From: Actinomycetota bacterium
GTDB lineage: Bacteria > Actinomycetota > Actinomycetes > S36-B12
DNA length: 64,000 nt
NCBI GenBank assembly: GCA_030645615.1
Contig: JAUSNB010000057.1
Span: 12,384 to 76,383, forward strand
Direction of reading: 5' to 3'
The position numbers were made by a program, and so were the translations under genes. Below the pieces are notes generated by a model. That model searched no databases, was not told where the DNA came from, and saw only the letters and a program-made list of their open reading frames with translations. Below are positions 7,837 through 17,882 of the stretch, piece by piece. Position 1 is the first letter of the stretch. Each line of letters opens with the position of its first letter.

Positions 7837-8151
7837 CTAGACACAGCCGAGCGGCTTCGGCAGGCCGGCGATGTACGCCATCTTCTTGGCCGGCTTCTTG
7901 GGGAACAGCACGAACAGCTGCTTGGTGTCGACGCCGCCCGCGGTGGAGACGCGGCGGATGGTGGGGGTCTCGCCCTGCGCCTTGAAGTCCTCGCGCAGGA
8001 AGCGGATGACGTTCCAGTGCTCGTCGGTCATGTCGACCCCGATGGCCGCGGCCAGGGCCTTGCCCATGTCCTCGTCCCACTGGTCGTACTGGGTCATGAA
8101 GCCCTCGTCGTCGACGGCGACGTCGCGCCCGGCGATGGTGGTAGTTGGCAT
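7837..8151 (-). CDS. TusE/DsrC-family sulfur carrier (TusE-type, single penultimate Cys)
   Basis: 104 aa ending ...IAGLPKPLGCV. Strong SD GAAGGAGAG upstream. No second Cys ~11 residues before the terminal Cys. Confidence 0.8.
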   Translation of the reverse strand: MPTTTIAGRDVAVDDEGFMTQYDQWDEDMGKALAAAIGVDMTDEHWNVIRFLREDFKAQGETPTIRRVSTAGGVDTKQLFVLFPKKPAKKMAYIAGLPKPLGCV

Positions 8152-8182
8152 GTCCTGCTCTCCTTCGTGCGTGGTGCGTCGG

Positions 8183-9430
8183 TTACTGGGTGGTGGTGAG
8201 GTCGGTGCGCTTCCCGGACATGGACATCAGCGCGGGAACGGGCATGGAGCGGCCGGGCACGAGGACGTTCCAGTACACCCACTTGAACGCCAGCTTGCCC
8301 ATGTGGTTGAGCCGGGTCTCCTTGAGCAGGCTCATCGGCCCGATGCCGGCGACCGGGTACTTGCCGGGCAGCGGCTCGGTGTCGTAGTTGAAGTCGATCA
8401 GCATCGCCTTGCCGCCACCCGTCTCGATGAAGCAGTTGGCGTGCCCGTCGAACTGGTGCGTCATCTCCTTGCCGGCGATGTGCTGCATGAAGTTCTCGAC
8501 GAAGATGTCGATTTCGAAGTGCGCCACCGACCCGGCTTTCGAGGCCGGAATGTCGTTGGCGTCGCCGAGGGCGAAGATGGAGTCGTACTGCTTCGACAGC
8601 TGCGTGAACTTGTCGACGGGCACGAGGTTGAGCTCGTTGCCCAGGCCAGACCTCGTGATGAAGTCGGCGCCCATGTTGAGCGGGATGGTCACGAGCAGGT
8701 CGAACGGCACCTCGCGCTCGTCGTACGACACGAGGGCCTTCTTCTCGGAGTCGACCTCCATCAGCATGAAGTCCGGCTCGACCGCGATGCCCTTCTCGTC
8801 CAGCGAGTTGCCGAATGCCTGCGCGGCGATTGGCTTGGTGAAGGCGGCGGGCAGCGGCGTCACGTAGGTCATCTCGACCTTGTCCCTCATGCCGCGGCCC
8901 TTGAAGAAGTCGTCGGCGAGGAAGGAGAACTCCAACGGTGCCACCGGGCACTTGATCGGCATCTCGACGATGTTGATGACGAGCCGGCCGCCGGGCCAGT
9001 CGTGCAGCTTCTTGGCGAGGGCGACGGAGCCCTCGTAGGTGTAGAACTCGTGGACGCTCACGCCCCACTCGTCGCTGAGCATCCCGGGTGTCTGGTCGGG
9101 CCGCGGGGTGACCCCGGTGGCGATGATGAGCATGTCGTAGTCCAGCCGCGTGCCATCTGCGAGGACAATGGCCTTCTCGTCGGGCAGGACCCTGTCGATC
9201 TCGCCGTAGACGAGCGGGACGTCCTTGTTCAGGACCTTCCGGCGGCTCTTGGTGACCTGGTCGGGCCGGTAGGTGCCGAACGGCATGAACAGGAAGCCGG
9301 GCTGGTACCGATGGTCGTCGTCGGCATCGACGACGGTGATCTGCCAGTCATTGGCGGGCAGCATCCGGCGCAGCTTGTTGGCGGCCATGGTGCCGGCGGT
9401 TCCCCCGCCGAGGATGAGGAGATTTCGCAT
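8183..9430 (-). CDS. sqr: Sulfide:quinone oxidoreductase-like FAD-dependent pyridine-nucleotide-disulfide oxidoreductase
   Basis: N-terminal dinucleotide fold LLILGGGTAGT. Candidate redox cysteines in EMPIKCPVAPLE and GHANCFIETG. ALGDA motif. ATG 9430 is preferred (GTG 9439 is the alternative). Confidence 0.8.
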   Translation of the reverse strand: MRNLLILGGGTAGTMAANKLRRMLPANDWQITVVDADDDHRYQPGFLFMPFGTYRPDQVTKSRRKVLNKDVPLVYGEIDRVLPDEKAIVLADGTRLDYDMLIIATGVTPRPDQTPGMLSDEWGVSVHEFYTYEGSVALAKKLHDWPGGRLVINIVEMPIKCPVAPLEFSFLADDFFKGRGMRDKVEMTYVTPLPAAFTKPIAAQAFGNSLDEKGIAVEPDFMLMEVDSEKKALVSYDEREVPFDLLVTIPLNMGADFITRSGLGNELNLVPVDKFTQLSKQYDSIFALGDANDIPASKAGSVAHFEIDIFVENFMQHIAGKEMTHQFDGHANCFIETGGGKAMLIDFNYDTEPLPGKYPVAGIGPMSLLKETRLNHMGKLAFKWVYWNVLVPGRSMPVPALMSMSGKRTDLTTTQ

Positions 9431-9488
9431 ACCCCCCACGGTATGGGGTGCCGGGTCGCCGAATGCAGGGCCGAAATGCGGGTTATCG

Positions 9489-9504
9489 GGGGACGTTGGT
9501 CCCC
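9489..9504 (-). terminator. Small hairpin just downstream of ppa
   Basis: GGGGAC-GTTG-GTCCCC, 14 nt after the ppa stop codon on the minus strand. Weak evidence only. Confidence 0.3.
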
Positions 9505-9517
9505 ACTTCGGACCCGG

Positions 9518-10018
9518 TCAGTAGCCGCCGTGCTCGTCGTGACGGACCCAGGATTCGTGGATCTCCGCCTCGGCCTCGGTGCGCCCGGTCCAGGTCGCCC
9601 CCTCGACGCTCTTGCCCGGCTCGAGGTCCTTGTACACCTCGAAGAAGTGCTGGATCTCCAGCCGGTCGAACTCCGAGACATGGAAGATGTCGCGCAGGTG
9701 CTCCAGCCGGGGGTCGCGGGAGGGAACGCACAGGACCTTGTCGTCGCCGCCCGCCTCGTCGGTCATCCGGAACATGCCAACGGTGCGGCATCGGATGACT
9801 ACGCCGGGGAAGGTCGGTTCCGACGTCATGACGAGGGCGTCGAGGGGGTCACCGTCGAGCCCGAGGGTGTTGTCGATGAAGCCGTAGTCATGGGGGTACC
9901 GGGTGGACGTGAACAGCATCCGGTCCAGCCTGATCCGCCCGGTCTTGTGGTCCATCTCGTACTTGTTGCGGCTGCCCGCAGGGATCTCGATCGTGACGTC
10001 GAACTCGAGCGGTTCCAC
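9518..10018 (-). CDS. ppa: Inorganic pyrophosphatase (family I)
   Basis: 166 aa from GTG 10018 with SD GAGGAG. Motifs [27 protein letters not shown]. The long ORF-track N-terminus is spurious. Confidence 0.92.
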   Translation of the reverse strand: MEPLEFDVTIEIPAGSRNKYEMDHKTGRIRLDRMLFTSTRYPHDYGFIDNTLGLDGDPLDALVMTSEPTFPGVVIRCRTVGMFRMTDEAGGDDKVLCVPSRDPRLEHLRDIFHVSEFDRLEIQHFFEVYKDLEPGKSVEGATWTGRTEAEAEIHESWVRHDEHGGY

Positions 10019-10112
10019 AGGACTCCTCGCTTCTCGCGGCCGGACACCGCGCGGCATCGGCGGTTCGCCGCCGTGCCCTAGTGTTCCGTACGTCCCGGCG
10101 GGAGGAGGACGG

Positions 10113-11438
10113 ATGCGGTCAACGACCGCCCTTCGGCTCCTCGGCCTCGCGTGCGTGGGGCTGCTGGCCGTCCCCGGCTCCGCCGCAGCGGACACGTCGC
10201 TCCCCGATCCCCCAGCTCCGGCGGTCCTCGCCCCCGCCGTGCCGGGGTCCGGCGTCGCGCCGACGGCGGCGGGCGTATCGGGGCAGATCGGCAGCCTCGT
10301 CGACGCGCGGCTGGGCACCGGGTCGGTCATCGTCCTCGACGCTGCGACCGGTGCTGTGCTGTTCGACCAGCGATCGGACAGGTCGCTCATCCCGGCGTCG
10401 ACCCTCAAGCTCGCCACGGCCACGGCTGCCCTGGAGGTGCTCGGCCCGCAGACCCGGCTGGCGACCGTGGCATCCGCCTACGGGGACGTCGTGTACCTCG
10501 TGGGCGGCGGCGACCCGACGCTCGTGCGGTCGGGCGGGGGCAACCCGCTTGCCGGCGGCAGTGCGTCCCTCCGCGACCTCGCCGAGCAGGTCGCGAGGTC
10601 CTTCACGGCGAACTCCTCGATCCGGGTGATCTACGACGATTCCGCCTTCGAGGGCCCACGTCTCGGGCCCGGGTGGCCTCGGTCGTTCCCCTCGGCCGGC
10701 GTGGTGGCCCCGGTGACCGCGCTCGTCGTGGACGGCGGACGGGTGCGACCGGGTGCCGTGTCCCGCGTGTCCGACCCGGCCCTGCAGGCGGCGAAGGCCT
10801 TCGCCGGCTTCCTGAAGGCCCAAGGGCTGGACGTCACCGCCGTGCGTGCAGGCACGGCGAAGCCCGACGCCACCGAGATCGGCCGGGTCGAGTCGCCGAC
10901 CGTCGAGGAGATCGTCCAACGGATGCTGACCGACTCCGAGAACAACTACGCCGAGGCCCTGGCCCACCTTGTCGGCGGCGCATCGGCGGGCAGCCCCACC
11001 TTCGCCGGCGGTGCCCAGGCCACCGAGGACGTCCTGTCCGGCCTGGGGATCGACACCACCGGGCTGGACCTCGCCGACGGCAGCGGGCTCTCCGGTCGCA
11101 ACCGGCTCACGGCCAGCGCGCTCGCCGAGGCCCTTCACCTCGCCAGCGGCGGCACCGACCCAGGGCTGGCGGCGATCGGGCCTGGCCTGGCGGTGGCCGG
11201 GCTGACCGGGACCCTCGCCGATCGGTACCAGACCGCTGCCACTCGGCCCGGACGAGGGTTCGTCCATGCGAAGACCGGAACCCTCACCGGCGTGGTCAGC
11301 CTGGCCGGGACGGCACTCGCCCGGGACGGCCGGGTCCTGGTCTTCGCCATGATCGCCAACAGGGTGTCCTCGCTCGCGGGCATGCGGGACACAATGGACC
11401 GAATCGCGAGCCGGCTGGCGACCTGCGGCTGCTCATGA
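10113..11438 (+). CDS. dacB: D-alanyl-D-alanine carboxypeptidase/endopeptidase (PBP4 / DacB family)
   Basis: ATG 10113 after GGAGGAGG. Signal peptide [18 protein letters not shown]. Active-site SxxK as PASTLKL and KTG as HAKTGTL. Confidence 0.85.
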   Translation: MRSTTALRLLGLACVGLLAVPGSAAADTSLPDPPAPAVLAPAVPGSGVAPTAAGVSGQIGSLVDARLGTGSVIVLDAATGAVLFDQRSDRSLIPASTLKLATATAALEVLGPQTRLATVASAYGDVVYLVGGGDPTLVRSGGGNPLAGGSASLRDLAEQVARSFTANSSIRVIYDDSAFEGPRLGPGWPRSFPSAGVVAPVTALVVDGGRVRPGAVSRVSDPALQAAKAFAGFLKAQGLDVTAVRAGTAKPDATEIGRVESPTVEEIVQRMLTDSENNYAEALAHLVGGASAGSPTFAGGAQATEDVLSGLGIDTTGLDLADGSGLSGRNRLTASALAEALHLASGGTDPGLAAIGPGLAVAGLTGTLADRYQTAATRPGRGFVHAKTGTLTGVVSLAGTALARDGRVLVFAMIANRVSSLAGMRDTMDRIASRLATCGCS

Positions 11439-11442
11439 CCTG

Positions 11443-12549
11443 ATGACCGAAGGGACCCGCGCGATGCTGCCGATCGTTCTGCCGGTCAACCAGTTCGACC
11501 ACTTCTACCGAGGCGGCGACCGCATCGGCGCGCTGCGCCACGGCCCCGGTGGCCCCCAGCGCCCGGAGGAGTGGATCGGGTCGACGACGGCCCGATTCGG
11601 CCAGGCGCCGCAGGGGCTCAGCGCGCTCCCGGACGGCCGGCTGCTCGTGTCCGCGATCGAGGCCGACCCGCAGGCCTGGCTGGGCGCGGATCACGTCCAC
11701 CGCTACGGCGCCAGCACGGAACTGCTGGTCAAGCTCCTCGACCTCGACCAGCGGCTGCCCGTCCACCTCCACCCCAATCGAGCATTCGCCCGCGCGCATC
11801 TCGGGCTGGCGCACGGCAAGACCGAGGCCTGGTACGTCCTCGACGCCCCGCCAGGCGCGGAGGTGGGGGTGGGTTTTGCCGAGACGACCGGCCTCGGGCA
11901 GGTCGAGGCCTGGGTGGCCGACCGCGACAGCGAGGCTTTGCTCGGCGCCCTGCGCAGGCGAGCCGTCCGCCCGGGCGATGCCATGCTCGTCCCGGCCGGG
12001 CTGCCCCACTCGGTGGGCGCCGGCGTGTTCGTCCTGGAACTGCAGGAGCCGACCGACCTGTCCATCCTGCTGGAGTGGCAGGGCTTCGCGGTCGATGGCG
12101 CCAAGGATGGCCACCTCGACCTCGGCTTCCCGACCGCCCTGCAGGCCCTCGACCTGGCGGCTGTGTCTCCCGCCGACCTGGACCGACTGGTGCTGCCGCG
12201 CGAGGAGATCGAACGGGCCGGCCTGGCCTCTGTCCTGCCGCCGGCTGCCGAGGGCTACTTCCGGGCCCACCGGGTGGATACCTCCGCAGGGCCCGTGTCC
12301 CTCGCTGCGGGCTTCGCCATCGTCCTCGTGCTGGACGGCCGCGGCATCCTGGCCAGCCCGGGCGGCTCGCTGGAGGTCGCGCGCGGCGACGTCGTGCTGG
12401 TCCCGCACGCATGCGGCGACTACACGCTCCACGGGCAGGCGAAGCATGGGGGCCATGCGCCGGACGCCGTGGTGGCCATCGTGTGCCGCCCGCCCGCCCC
12501 GGATGCACCGCTGCCCGAGATGACCGCGGCACCCGGGGAGCTCGCGTGA
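11443..12549 (+). CDS. Class I mannose-6-phosphate isomerase-like cupin protein
   Basis: Motifs LVKLLD...LPVHLHP, GKTEAWYVL, VPAGLPHSVGAGVFVLELQEPTD. Confidence 0.7.
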   Translation: MTEGTRAMLPIVLPVNQFDHFYRGGDRIGALRHGPGGPQRPEEWIGSTTARFGQAPQGLSALPDGRLLVSAIEADPQAWLGADHVHRYGASTELLVKLLDLDQRLPVHLHPNRAFARAHLGLAHGKTEAWYVLDAPPGAEVGVGFAETTGLGQVEAWVADRDSEALLGALRRRAVRPGDAMLVPAGLPHSVGAGVFVLELQEPTDLSILLEWQGFAVDGAKDGHLDLGFPTALQALDLAAVSPADLDRLVLPREEIERAGLASVLPPAAEGYFRAHRVDTSAGPVSLAAGFAIVLVLDGRGILASPGGSLEVARGDVVLVPHACGDYTLHGQAKHGGHAPDAVVAIVCRPPAPDAPLPEMTAAPGELA

Positions 12550-13586
12550 CCGAGCCGATCGACTGGGACCTCGCGGTCGCCACCGCGAGCCGGCTGGCCC
12601 CCAAGGGCCCCGACCTGCCGGCCGACGAGGCCCGCGCTGCCGTGCGCATGCTGCGCGAGCTGGCCGCGGAGGCGGTCGCGCCGGTCCAGGAGGTGACCGG
12701 ACTGTCCGCGCCCGTGACCAGCCGCGCCGTCGTCGTGGATCGGGTCGGATGGGTGGCGTCGAACGTGGAAGGCATGCGGATCGTGCTGTCGCGCTGGGAC
12801 GACCTCGCCGAACGCACGGAGGCGGCTCCGGCCATGGTGCGGAGCCTGGGCTCGCGCGGCACAGCCCTTCAGCTCGGCGCGGTGCTCGCCTGGATGTCCG
12901 GCAAGGTGCTCGGGCAGTACGAGGCGTTCACCCGGGCGGGCGAACCGGGGCGGCTGCTCCTCGTCGCACCCACGATCGTCAACGTCGAGCGCAGCCTGGA
13001 CGTGCCCTCCCGCGACTTCCGGTTCTGGGTGTGCCTGCATGAGGAGACCCACCGCGTGCAGTTCGGCGCGGTCCCGTGGCTCGGCGAGTACCTGGCCGAC
13101 CGGCTGACCGCGCTGCTGGAGGCGTCGGACCTCAGCACGCGGGAATCCCTGCAGCGACTGGTGGCCTTCTTCTACGCGCTGGTCCGCTCGCTGCGTTCGG
13201 ATTCCGACGTCAGCGTGGTCGAGGCAATCCAGACCCCGGAACAGCGAGTGATCTTCGACGAGCTGACCGCGCTGATGTCCCTCCTCGAGGGCCACGCCGA
13301 TGTCGTGATGGACGATGTCGGCCCGCAGGTCGTGCCATCCGTGGCGCTCATCCGCGACAGGTTCAGCCAGCGCCGGCAGCAGCCGGGGACCCTGGACGCC
13401 CTTGCGCGCAAGGCGATCGGCATGGATGCCAAGCTGCGCCAGTACAGCGACGGCGCAGCGTTCGTCCGGCACGTAGTGGACCGGCGCGGCATGGCCGGCT
13501 TCAACCGCGTCTGGGCGTCGGCAGACCTCTTGCCGTCCCGAGCCGAGCTGCACGACCCGGACGCCTGGCTGGCGAGGCTGGGATGA
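12546..13586 (+). CDS. Zinc-dependent metalloprotease of the DUF2342 type (actinobacterial, upstream of tilS)
   Basis: HExxH as LHEETHRVQF. GTGA overlap with the preceding gene and ATGA overlap with tilS. Same position as the conserved hypothetical gene next to mesJ/tilS in mycobacteria. Confidence 0.75.
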   Translation: MTEPIDWDLAVATASRLAPKGPDLPADEARAAVRMLRELAAEAVAPVQEVTGLSAPVTSRAVVVDRVGWVASNVEGMRIVLSRWDDLAERTEAAPAMVRSLGSRGTALQLGAVLAWMSGKVLGQYEAFTRAGEPGRLLLVAPTIVNVERSLDVPSRDFRFWVCLHEETHRVQFGAVPWLGEYLADRLTALLEASDLSTRESLQRLVAFFYALVRSLRSDSDVSVVEAIQTPEQRVIFDELTALMSLLEGHADVVMDDVGPQVVPSVALIRDRFSQRRQQPGTLDALARKAIGMDAKLRQYSDGAAFVRHVVDRRGMAGFNRVWASADLLPSRAELHDPDAWLARLG

Positions 13587-14581
13587 GCAAGCGGGCCTCG
13601 GTGCCGGCCGTGGTCTCGGTGCGCACGGCGGCCGCGCAGGCCCTCGAAGACGTGCCACACGGCGCCGTGGTGGTGGCCGCCTGCTCCGGCGGACCGGACT
13701 CCCTGGCCCTCGTGGGCGCGTCGGCGTGGGTCGCGCACCGCCGCGGCATCGACCTGCACGCGGTCGTCATCGATCATGCGCTGCAGCCGGGCTCGGCGGC
13801 CATCGCCGCCAATGCCGCAGACGCGGCGCGCGCCCTGGGCGCCAAAGTCGCGCGGGTCATGGCGGTGGACGCCTCGGGACCTGGTGGCCCGGAGGCGGCG
13901 GCCCGCCGGGCCAGGTACGCCGCGCTCGAGCAGGCAGCCGTCGATGCGTCGGCGGCCGCCATCGTGCTCGGCCACACGCGCGAGGACCAGGCCGAGACCG
14001 TGCTGCTCCGGCTGGCGCGGGGGTCGGGCGCTCGATCCCTGGCGGCCATGCGGGCGGTCAGCGGCCCGTACCGGCGCCCCTTCCTGCACCTGCCCCGGGC
14101 CGAGGTCCGGGCCGCCGCCGATGCCATGCTCGCGCCGCTCGGCCGGCAGGCCTGGGCCGACCCGCACAACGAGGACCCTGCGTATGCCCGGGTCCGCGTG
14201 CGGGCGCTGGTCGACGGGCTCGAGGGCGCCCTGGGGCCTGGCGCGGTGCTGGGCCTGGCCCGGTCCGCCGACCTCCTGCGCGACGACGCCGATGCGCTGG
14301 ACGTCCTCGCCTCCTCGGCCATGGCCGAGCTCGTCGTGACCGAGGACGGGTCGGTCAACGCGTCGTGCGACGCGCTCGCCGCCCTGCCGCGCGCGGTCCG
14401 GACCAGGGTGCTGCGCCTCATGGCCCTTCGTGCAGGCGCCCCGGCGGATGACCTGGGGATCGGGCACGTCGGATCGCTGGAGGCACTGGTGTCGGACTGG
14501 CGCGGGCAGGGGGAAGTCCGGATGCCGGGCCGTGTAGTGGGCACCCGTCGCTATGGCAGGCTGTGCCTGGTTCGGAGCTGA
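13583..14581 (+). CDS. tilS: tRNA(Ile)-lysidine synthetase
   Basis: PP-loop motif VVAACSGGPDSLAL and the downstream HTREDQAETVLLRLARG pattern. Confidence 0.88.
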   Translation: MSKRASVPAVVSVRTAAAQALEDVPHGAVVVAACSGGPDSLALVGASAWVAHRRGIDLHAVVIDHALQPGSAAIAANAADAARALGAKVARVMAVDASGPGGPEAAARRARYAALEQAAVDASAAAIVLGHTREDQAETVLLRLARGSGARSLAAMRAVSGPYRRPFLHLPRAEVRAAADAMLAPLGRQAWADPHNEDPAYARVRVRALVDGLEGALGPGAVLGLARSADLLRDDADALDVLASSAMAELVVTEDGSVNASCDALAALPRAVRTRVLRLMALRAGAPADDLGIGHVGSLEALVSDWRGQGEVRMPGRVVGTRRYGRLCLVRS

Positions 14582-14610
14582 CCGATCACTGGGCTTGACC
14601 GATCACTGGG
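14579..14610. repeat. Tandem direct repeat TGACCGATCACTGGG x2 (2-nt spacer) spanning the tilS stop and the hpt ribosome-binding region
   Basis: Copies at 14579..14593 and 14596..14610 are identical over 15 nt. The first includes the tilS TGA. The second ends in the G-run preceding GTG 14620. Confidence 0.8.
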
Positions 14611-14619
14611 GGAGCACTC

Positions 14620-15174
14620 GTGGATCCCGAGCACATCCCGTCCGAACTGCAGCACGTACTGCTCACCGAGGACGAGATCCGAGGCCGGCTCAATGAGCTC
14701 GCCGCGCAGATCGACGCCGACTATGCCGGCAAGGACCTCCTTCTCGTAGGCGTCCTCAAGGGCGCGGTGATGGTCATGGCGGACCTCGCCCGTTCGTTGT
14801 CGCGGTCGGTCGACATGGACTGGATGGCAGTCTCGTCCTATGGCTCCGGCACGACCTCCAGCGGCGTCGTGCGGATCCTGAAGGACCTCGACGCCGATCT
14901 CAACGGGCGCAACGTCCTGGTGGTCGAGGACATCCTCGATTCGGGACTGACCCTGTCCTGGCTGCTGAAGAACCTCTCCTCGCGCGGCCCGGAGTCCGTG
15001 GAGGTCTTCACCCTCCTGCGCAAGCCGGACGCGCAGAAGGTCAACGTCGCGCCGCGGTACATCGGCTTCGACATCCCCAACGAGTTCGTCGTCGGTTACG
15101 GCCTGGACTACGCCGAGCGCTACCGCAACCTTCGGTGCGTCGGCACCCTGGCTCCGCACGTCTACGGCGGCTAG
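14620..15174 (+). CDS. hpt: Hypoxanthine-guanine phosphoribosyltransferase
   Basis: PRPP-binding motif [14 protein letters not shown] and the terminal [13 protein letters not shown] pattern. Confidence 0.92.
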   Translation: MDPEHIPSELQHVLLTEDEIRGRLNELAAQIDADYAGKDLLLVGVLKGAVMVMADLARSLSRSVDMDWMAVSSYGSGTTSSGVVRILKDLDADLNGRNVLVVEDILDSGLTLSWLLKNLSSRGPESVEVFTLLRKPDAQKVNVAPRYIGFDIPNEFVVGYGLDYAERYRNLRCVGTLAPHVYGG

Positions 15175-15186
15175 GCCCGGATTGCC

Positions 15187-15219
15187 CGGTCCCCTTTCGC
15201 CCGGGGCGTAAGGGGACCG
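15187..15219 (+). terminator. Stem-loop after hpt
   Basis: 10-bp outer stem CGGTCCCCTT / AAGGGGACCG plus a 4-bp inner stem, beginning 13 nt after the hpt stop. Confidence 0.5.
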
Positions 15220-15267
15220 CCCCTGAGCGCGGTCGGCGGCCTCGGGGGCTGCTAGTACCCTGAGGTA

Positions 15268-17274
15268 GTGGACCTGAGGAAGCTCCTGCGAGGCCCGATC
15301 TTCTGGATCGTGCTCGCTGTGCTGTTCGTGCTGATCGGGTCTAGCTTCATCTCCAACATCGGCGCGCCCACCCAGGTCGATACCAGCCAGGCCATCACGG
15401 AGATCCAGGCCGGCAACGTCGACACCGCCACCATCGTCGACCGCGACCAGATCCTGGAGCTCACCCTCAAGGACGGGACCAAGGCCAGGTCGTCCTACGT
15501 CGACGGCCAAGGCGTCAAGCTGCAGGAGATGCTCCAGGCCAAGGCCGATGAGGGGAGCCTTCCCGGCGGCTACAACGTCGTCGTCCCCACCGAGAGCATC
15601 CTGGTCACGCTGCTCATCTCGCTGATCCCCGTCGCGCTGATCGTCCTGCTCTTCTTCTTCCTCATGAGCCAGATGCAAGGCGGTGGCTCGCGGCTGATGA
15701 ACTTCGGCAAGTCCAAGGCGAAGCTGGTCAGCAAGGACATGCCGCAGACGACGTTCGCCGACGTGGCCGGGGCCGAGGAGGCGGTCGAGGAGCTCCAGGA
15801 GATCAAGGACTTCCTCGCCGATCCCGCGAAGTTCCAGGCCGTAGGCGCCAAGATCCCCAAGGGCGTGCTGCTATATGGCCCGCCCGGCACGGGCAAGACC
15901 CTGCTCGCCCGGGCCGTGGCCGGCGAGGCGGGCGTGCCCTTCTTCTCGATCTCCGGCTCCGACTTCGTCGAGATGTTCGTCGGCGTGGGTGCGAGCCGGG
16001 TGCGCGACCTGTTCACCCAGGCCAAGGAGAACGCGCCCGCGATCATCTTCGTCGACGAGATCGACGCGGTCGGCCGCCACCGCGGAGCCGGGCTCGGCGG
16101 CGGTCACGACGAGCGCGAGCAGACCCTCAACCAGATGCTGGTCGAGATGGACGGCTTCGACGTCAACGCGAACGTCATCCTCATCGCGGCGACCAACCGT
16201 CCGGACATCCTCGACCCTGCCCTCCTGCGCCCGGGGCGCTTCGACCGTCAGATCGCCGTCGAGCGCCCGGACCTCAACGGCCGGCACGAGATCCTCAAGG
16301 TGCACGCCAAGGGCAAGCCCATGGCGCCCGAGGTCGACCTTCTCGCGGTGGCCAGGCGCACCCCGGGTTTCACCGGCGCCGACCTCGCGAACGTGCTGAA
16401 CGAGGCGGCCCTGCTCACCGCCCGCACCTCCGGCCAGGTCATTGATGACGCTGCGCTGGACGAGGCCATCGACCGGGTCATCGCCGGGCCGCAGAAGCGC
16501 ACCCGCGTGATGGACGAGCTGGAGAAGAAGATCACCGCGTACCACGAGGCCGGGCACGCCCTCGTCGCCGCGGCGCTGCCCGGCAACGACCCGGTGCACA
16601 AGATCACGATCATGCCGCGAGGCCGCGCGCTGGGCTACACCATGGTCCTGCCCGACCAGGACAAGTACTCGACCACCCGCAGCCAGATGCTCAACCAGTT
16701 GGCCTACATGCTCGGCGGCCGAGCCGCGGAGGAATTGATCTTCCACGATCCCACCACGGGTGCGTCCAACGACATCGAGAAGGCAACCGCCGTGGCGCGT
16801 GCCATGGTGACCCAGTACGGCATGACCGAGCGGCTGGGCGCGATCCGGTACGGCCAGGAGCAGAACGAGGTGTTCCTCGGCCGCGACATGGGCCACATCC
16901 GCGACTACTCCGAGGAAGTCGCCGCCGCGATCGACGAGGAGGTGCGCGCGTTCATCGAGACCGCGCACCAGGAGGCCTACGACATCCTCGTCGCCAACCG
17001 CGACGTGCTCGACGCCATGGTGCTCGCGTTGCTGGACCGGGAGACCCTGGACAAGGCCGAGATCGAGGAGATCTTCGCCGAGCTCTCCTTGCGAGAGGTG
17101 CGCCCCGCGTGGACCGGCTCCGCCCGTCGACGGCCGGATGAACGCGGCCCCGTGCTCACCCCGACGGAGATCGGCGGCAGCGTCGGCTCGAACGGACACG
17201 GCGGACCGAACGGCGCGAACGGGCACGGTGGGCCGACCGACCCGGAGGCCATAGAGGTGAGTGGCACCGCATGA
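15268..17274 (+). CDS. ftsH: ATP-dependent zinc metalloprotease FtsH
   Basis: Walker A GPPGTGKT, Walker [12 protein letters not shown] region, HEAGHAL zinc site, two N-terminal TM helices. Confidence 0.97.
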   Translation: MDLRKLLRGPIFWIVLAVLFVLIGSSFISNIGAPTQVDTSQAITEIQAGNVDTATIVDRDQILELTLKDGTKARSSYVDGQGVKLQEMLQAKADEGSLPGGYNVVVPTESILVTLLISLIPVALIVLLFFFLMSQMQGGGSRLMNFGKSKAKLVSKDMPQTTFADVAGAEEAVEELQEIKDFLADPAKFQAVGAKIPKGVLLYGPPGTGKTLLARAVAGEAGVPFFSISGSDFVEMFVGVGASRVRDLFTQAKENAPAIIFVDEIDAVGRHRGAGLGGGHDEREQTLNQMLVEMDGFDVNANVILIAATNRPDILDPALLRPGRFDRQIAVERPDLNGRHEILKVHAKGKPMAPEVDLLAVARRTPGFTGADLANVLNEAALLTARTSGQVIDDAALDEAIDRVIAGPQKRTRVMDELEKKITAYHEAGHALVAAALPGNDPVHKITIMPRGRALGYTMVLPDQDKYSTTRSQMLNQLAYMLGGRAAEELIFHDPTTGASNDIEKATAVARAMVTQYGMTERLGAIRYGQEQNEVFLGRDMGHIRDYSEEVAAAIDEEVRAFIETAHQEAYDILVANRDVLDAMVLALLDRETLDKAEIEEIFAELSLREVRPAWTGSARRRPDERGPVLTPTEIGGSVGSNGHGGPNGANGHGGPTDPEAIEVSGTA

Positions 17275-17882
17275 GCGGTGTCGACCCGGTGTCGCTGGAC
17301 GAGGGCAGGCAGCTGGCTGCCTTCGATGAGCCCGCTGCCCAGCGAGCCGTCCGCGACCTGCTCATGGCGATTGGGGAGGACCCGGACCGCGACGGCCTGC
17401 GGGACACCCCGGCACGGGTGGCGCGGGCGTACGCGGAGGTGTTCCGAGGCCTGTACATGACCGCCGACGACGTGCTCACCACGACGTTCGACATCGGCCA
17501 CGACGAGATGGTCCTGGTGAAGGACATCGAGCTCTACAGCACGTGCGAGCACCACCTCGTCCCATTCCACGGTGTAGCGCACGTCGGCTACATCCCGAAC
17601 GAGAACGGCCGCATCACGGGGCTGTCGAAGATCGCCAGGCTCGTCGACGTCTTCGCCAAGCGGCCGCAGGTGCAGGAGCGACTCACCACGCAGATCGCGG
17701 ACTCGCTCATGCGGATCCTCGAGCCGCGCGGCGCCATCGTGGTGCTCGAGGCCGAGCACCTGTGCATGTCGATGCGCGGTGTGCGCAAGCCCTCGGCGCG
17801 CACCATGACGAGCGCCGTGCGTGGCAGCCTGCGCGACCCGGCCACCCGAGCCGAGGCGATGTCGCTCATCCTGAGTCGATGA
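17271..17882 (+). CDS. folE: GTP cyclohydrolase I
   Basis: Motifs [21 protein letters not shown] and QVQERLT. ATGA overlaps on both sides. Confidence 0.95.
   Translation: MSGVDPVSLDEGRQLAAFDEPAAQRAVRDLLMAIGEDPDRDGLRDTPARVARAYAEVFRGLYMTADDVLTTTFDIGHDEMVLVKDIELYSTCEHHLVPFHGVAHVGYIPNENGRITGLSKIARLVDVFAKRPQVQERLTTQIADSLMRILEPRGAIVVLEAEHLCMSMRGVRKPSARTMTSAVRGSLRDPATRAEAMSLILSR

Noticed and set aside
7871-10081. 736-aa plus-strand ORF, the longest unassigned ORF in this region.
   Set aside because: It runs antisense to the well-supported tusE-like, sqr and ppa genes. Its translation is dominated by R/G/V/H/D/P runs with no recognisable motifs. This is the typical shadow ORF of a high-GC genome.
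11571-13586. 671-aa ORF suggesting a very long N-terminal extension of the DUF2342 metalloprotease. There are similar long N-termini on ORFs 5046..6077, 5500..6546, 9518..10423, 13076..14581, 17543..18742, 19473..20378, 41410..45159 and 45879..48110.
   Set aside because: The extensions overlap the upstream gene in another frame and are R/P/G-rich. Internal ATG/GTG starts coincide with 4-nt stop/start overlaps or SD sequences, and with the point where family similarity begins.
17100-17274. Gly/Asn/His-rich repeat at the FtsH C-terminus ([16 protein letters not shown]).
   Set aside because: Low-complexity C-terminal tails are common and variable in actinobacterial FtsH. No independent feature is implied.
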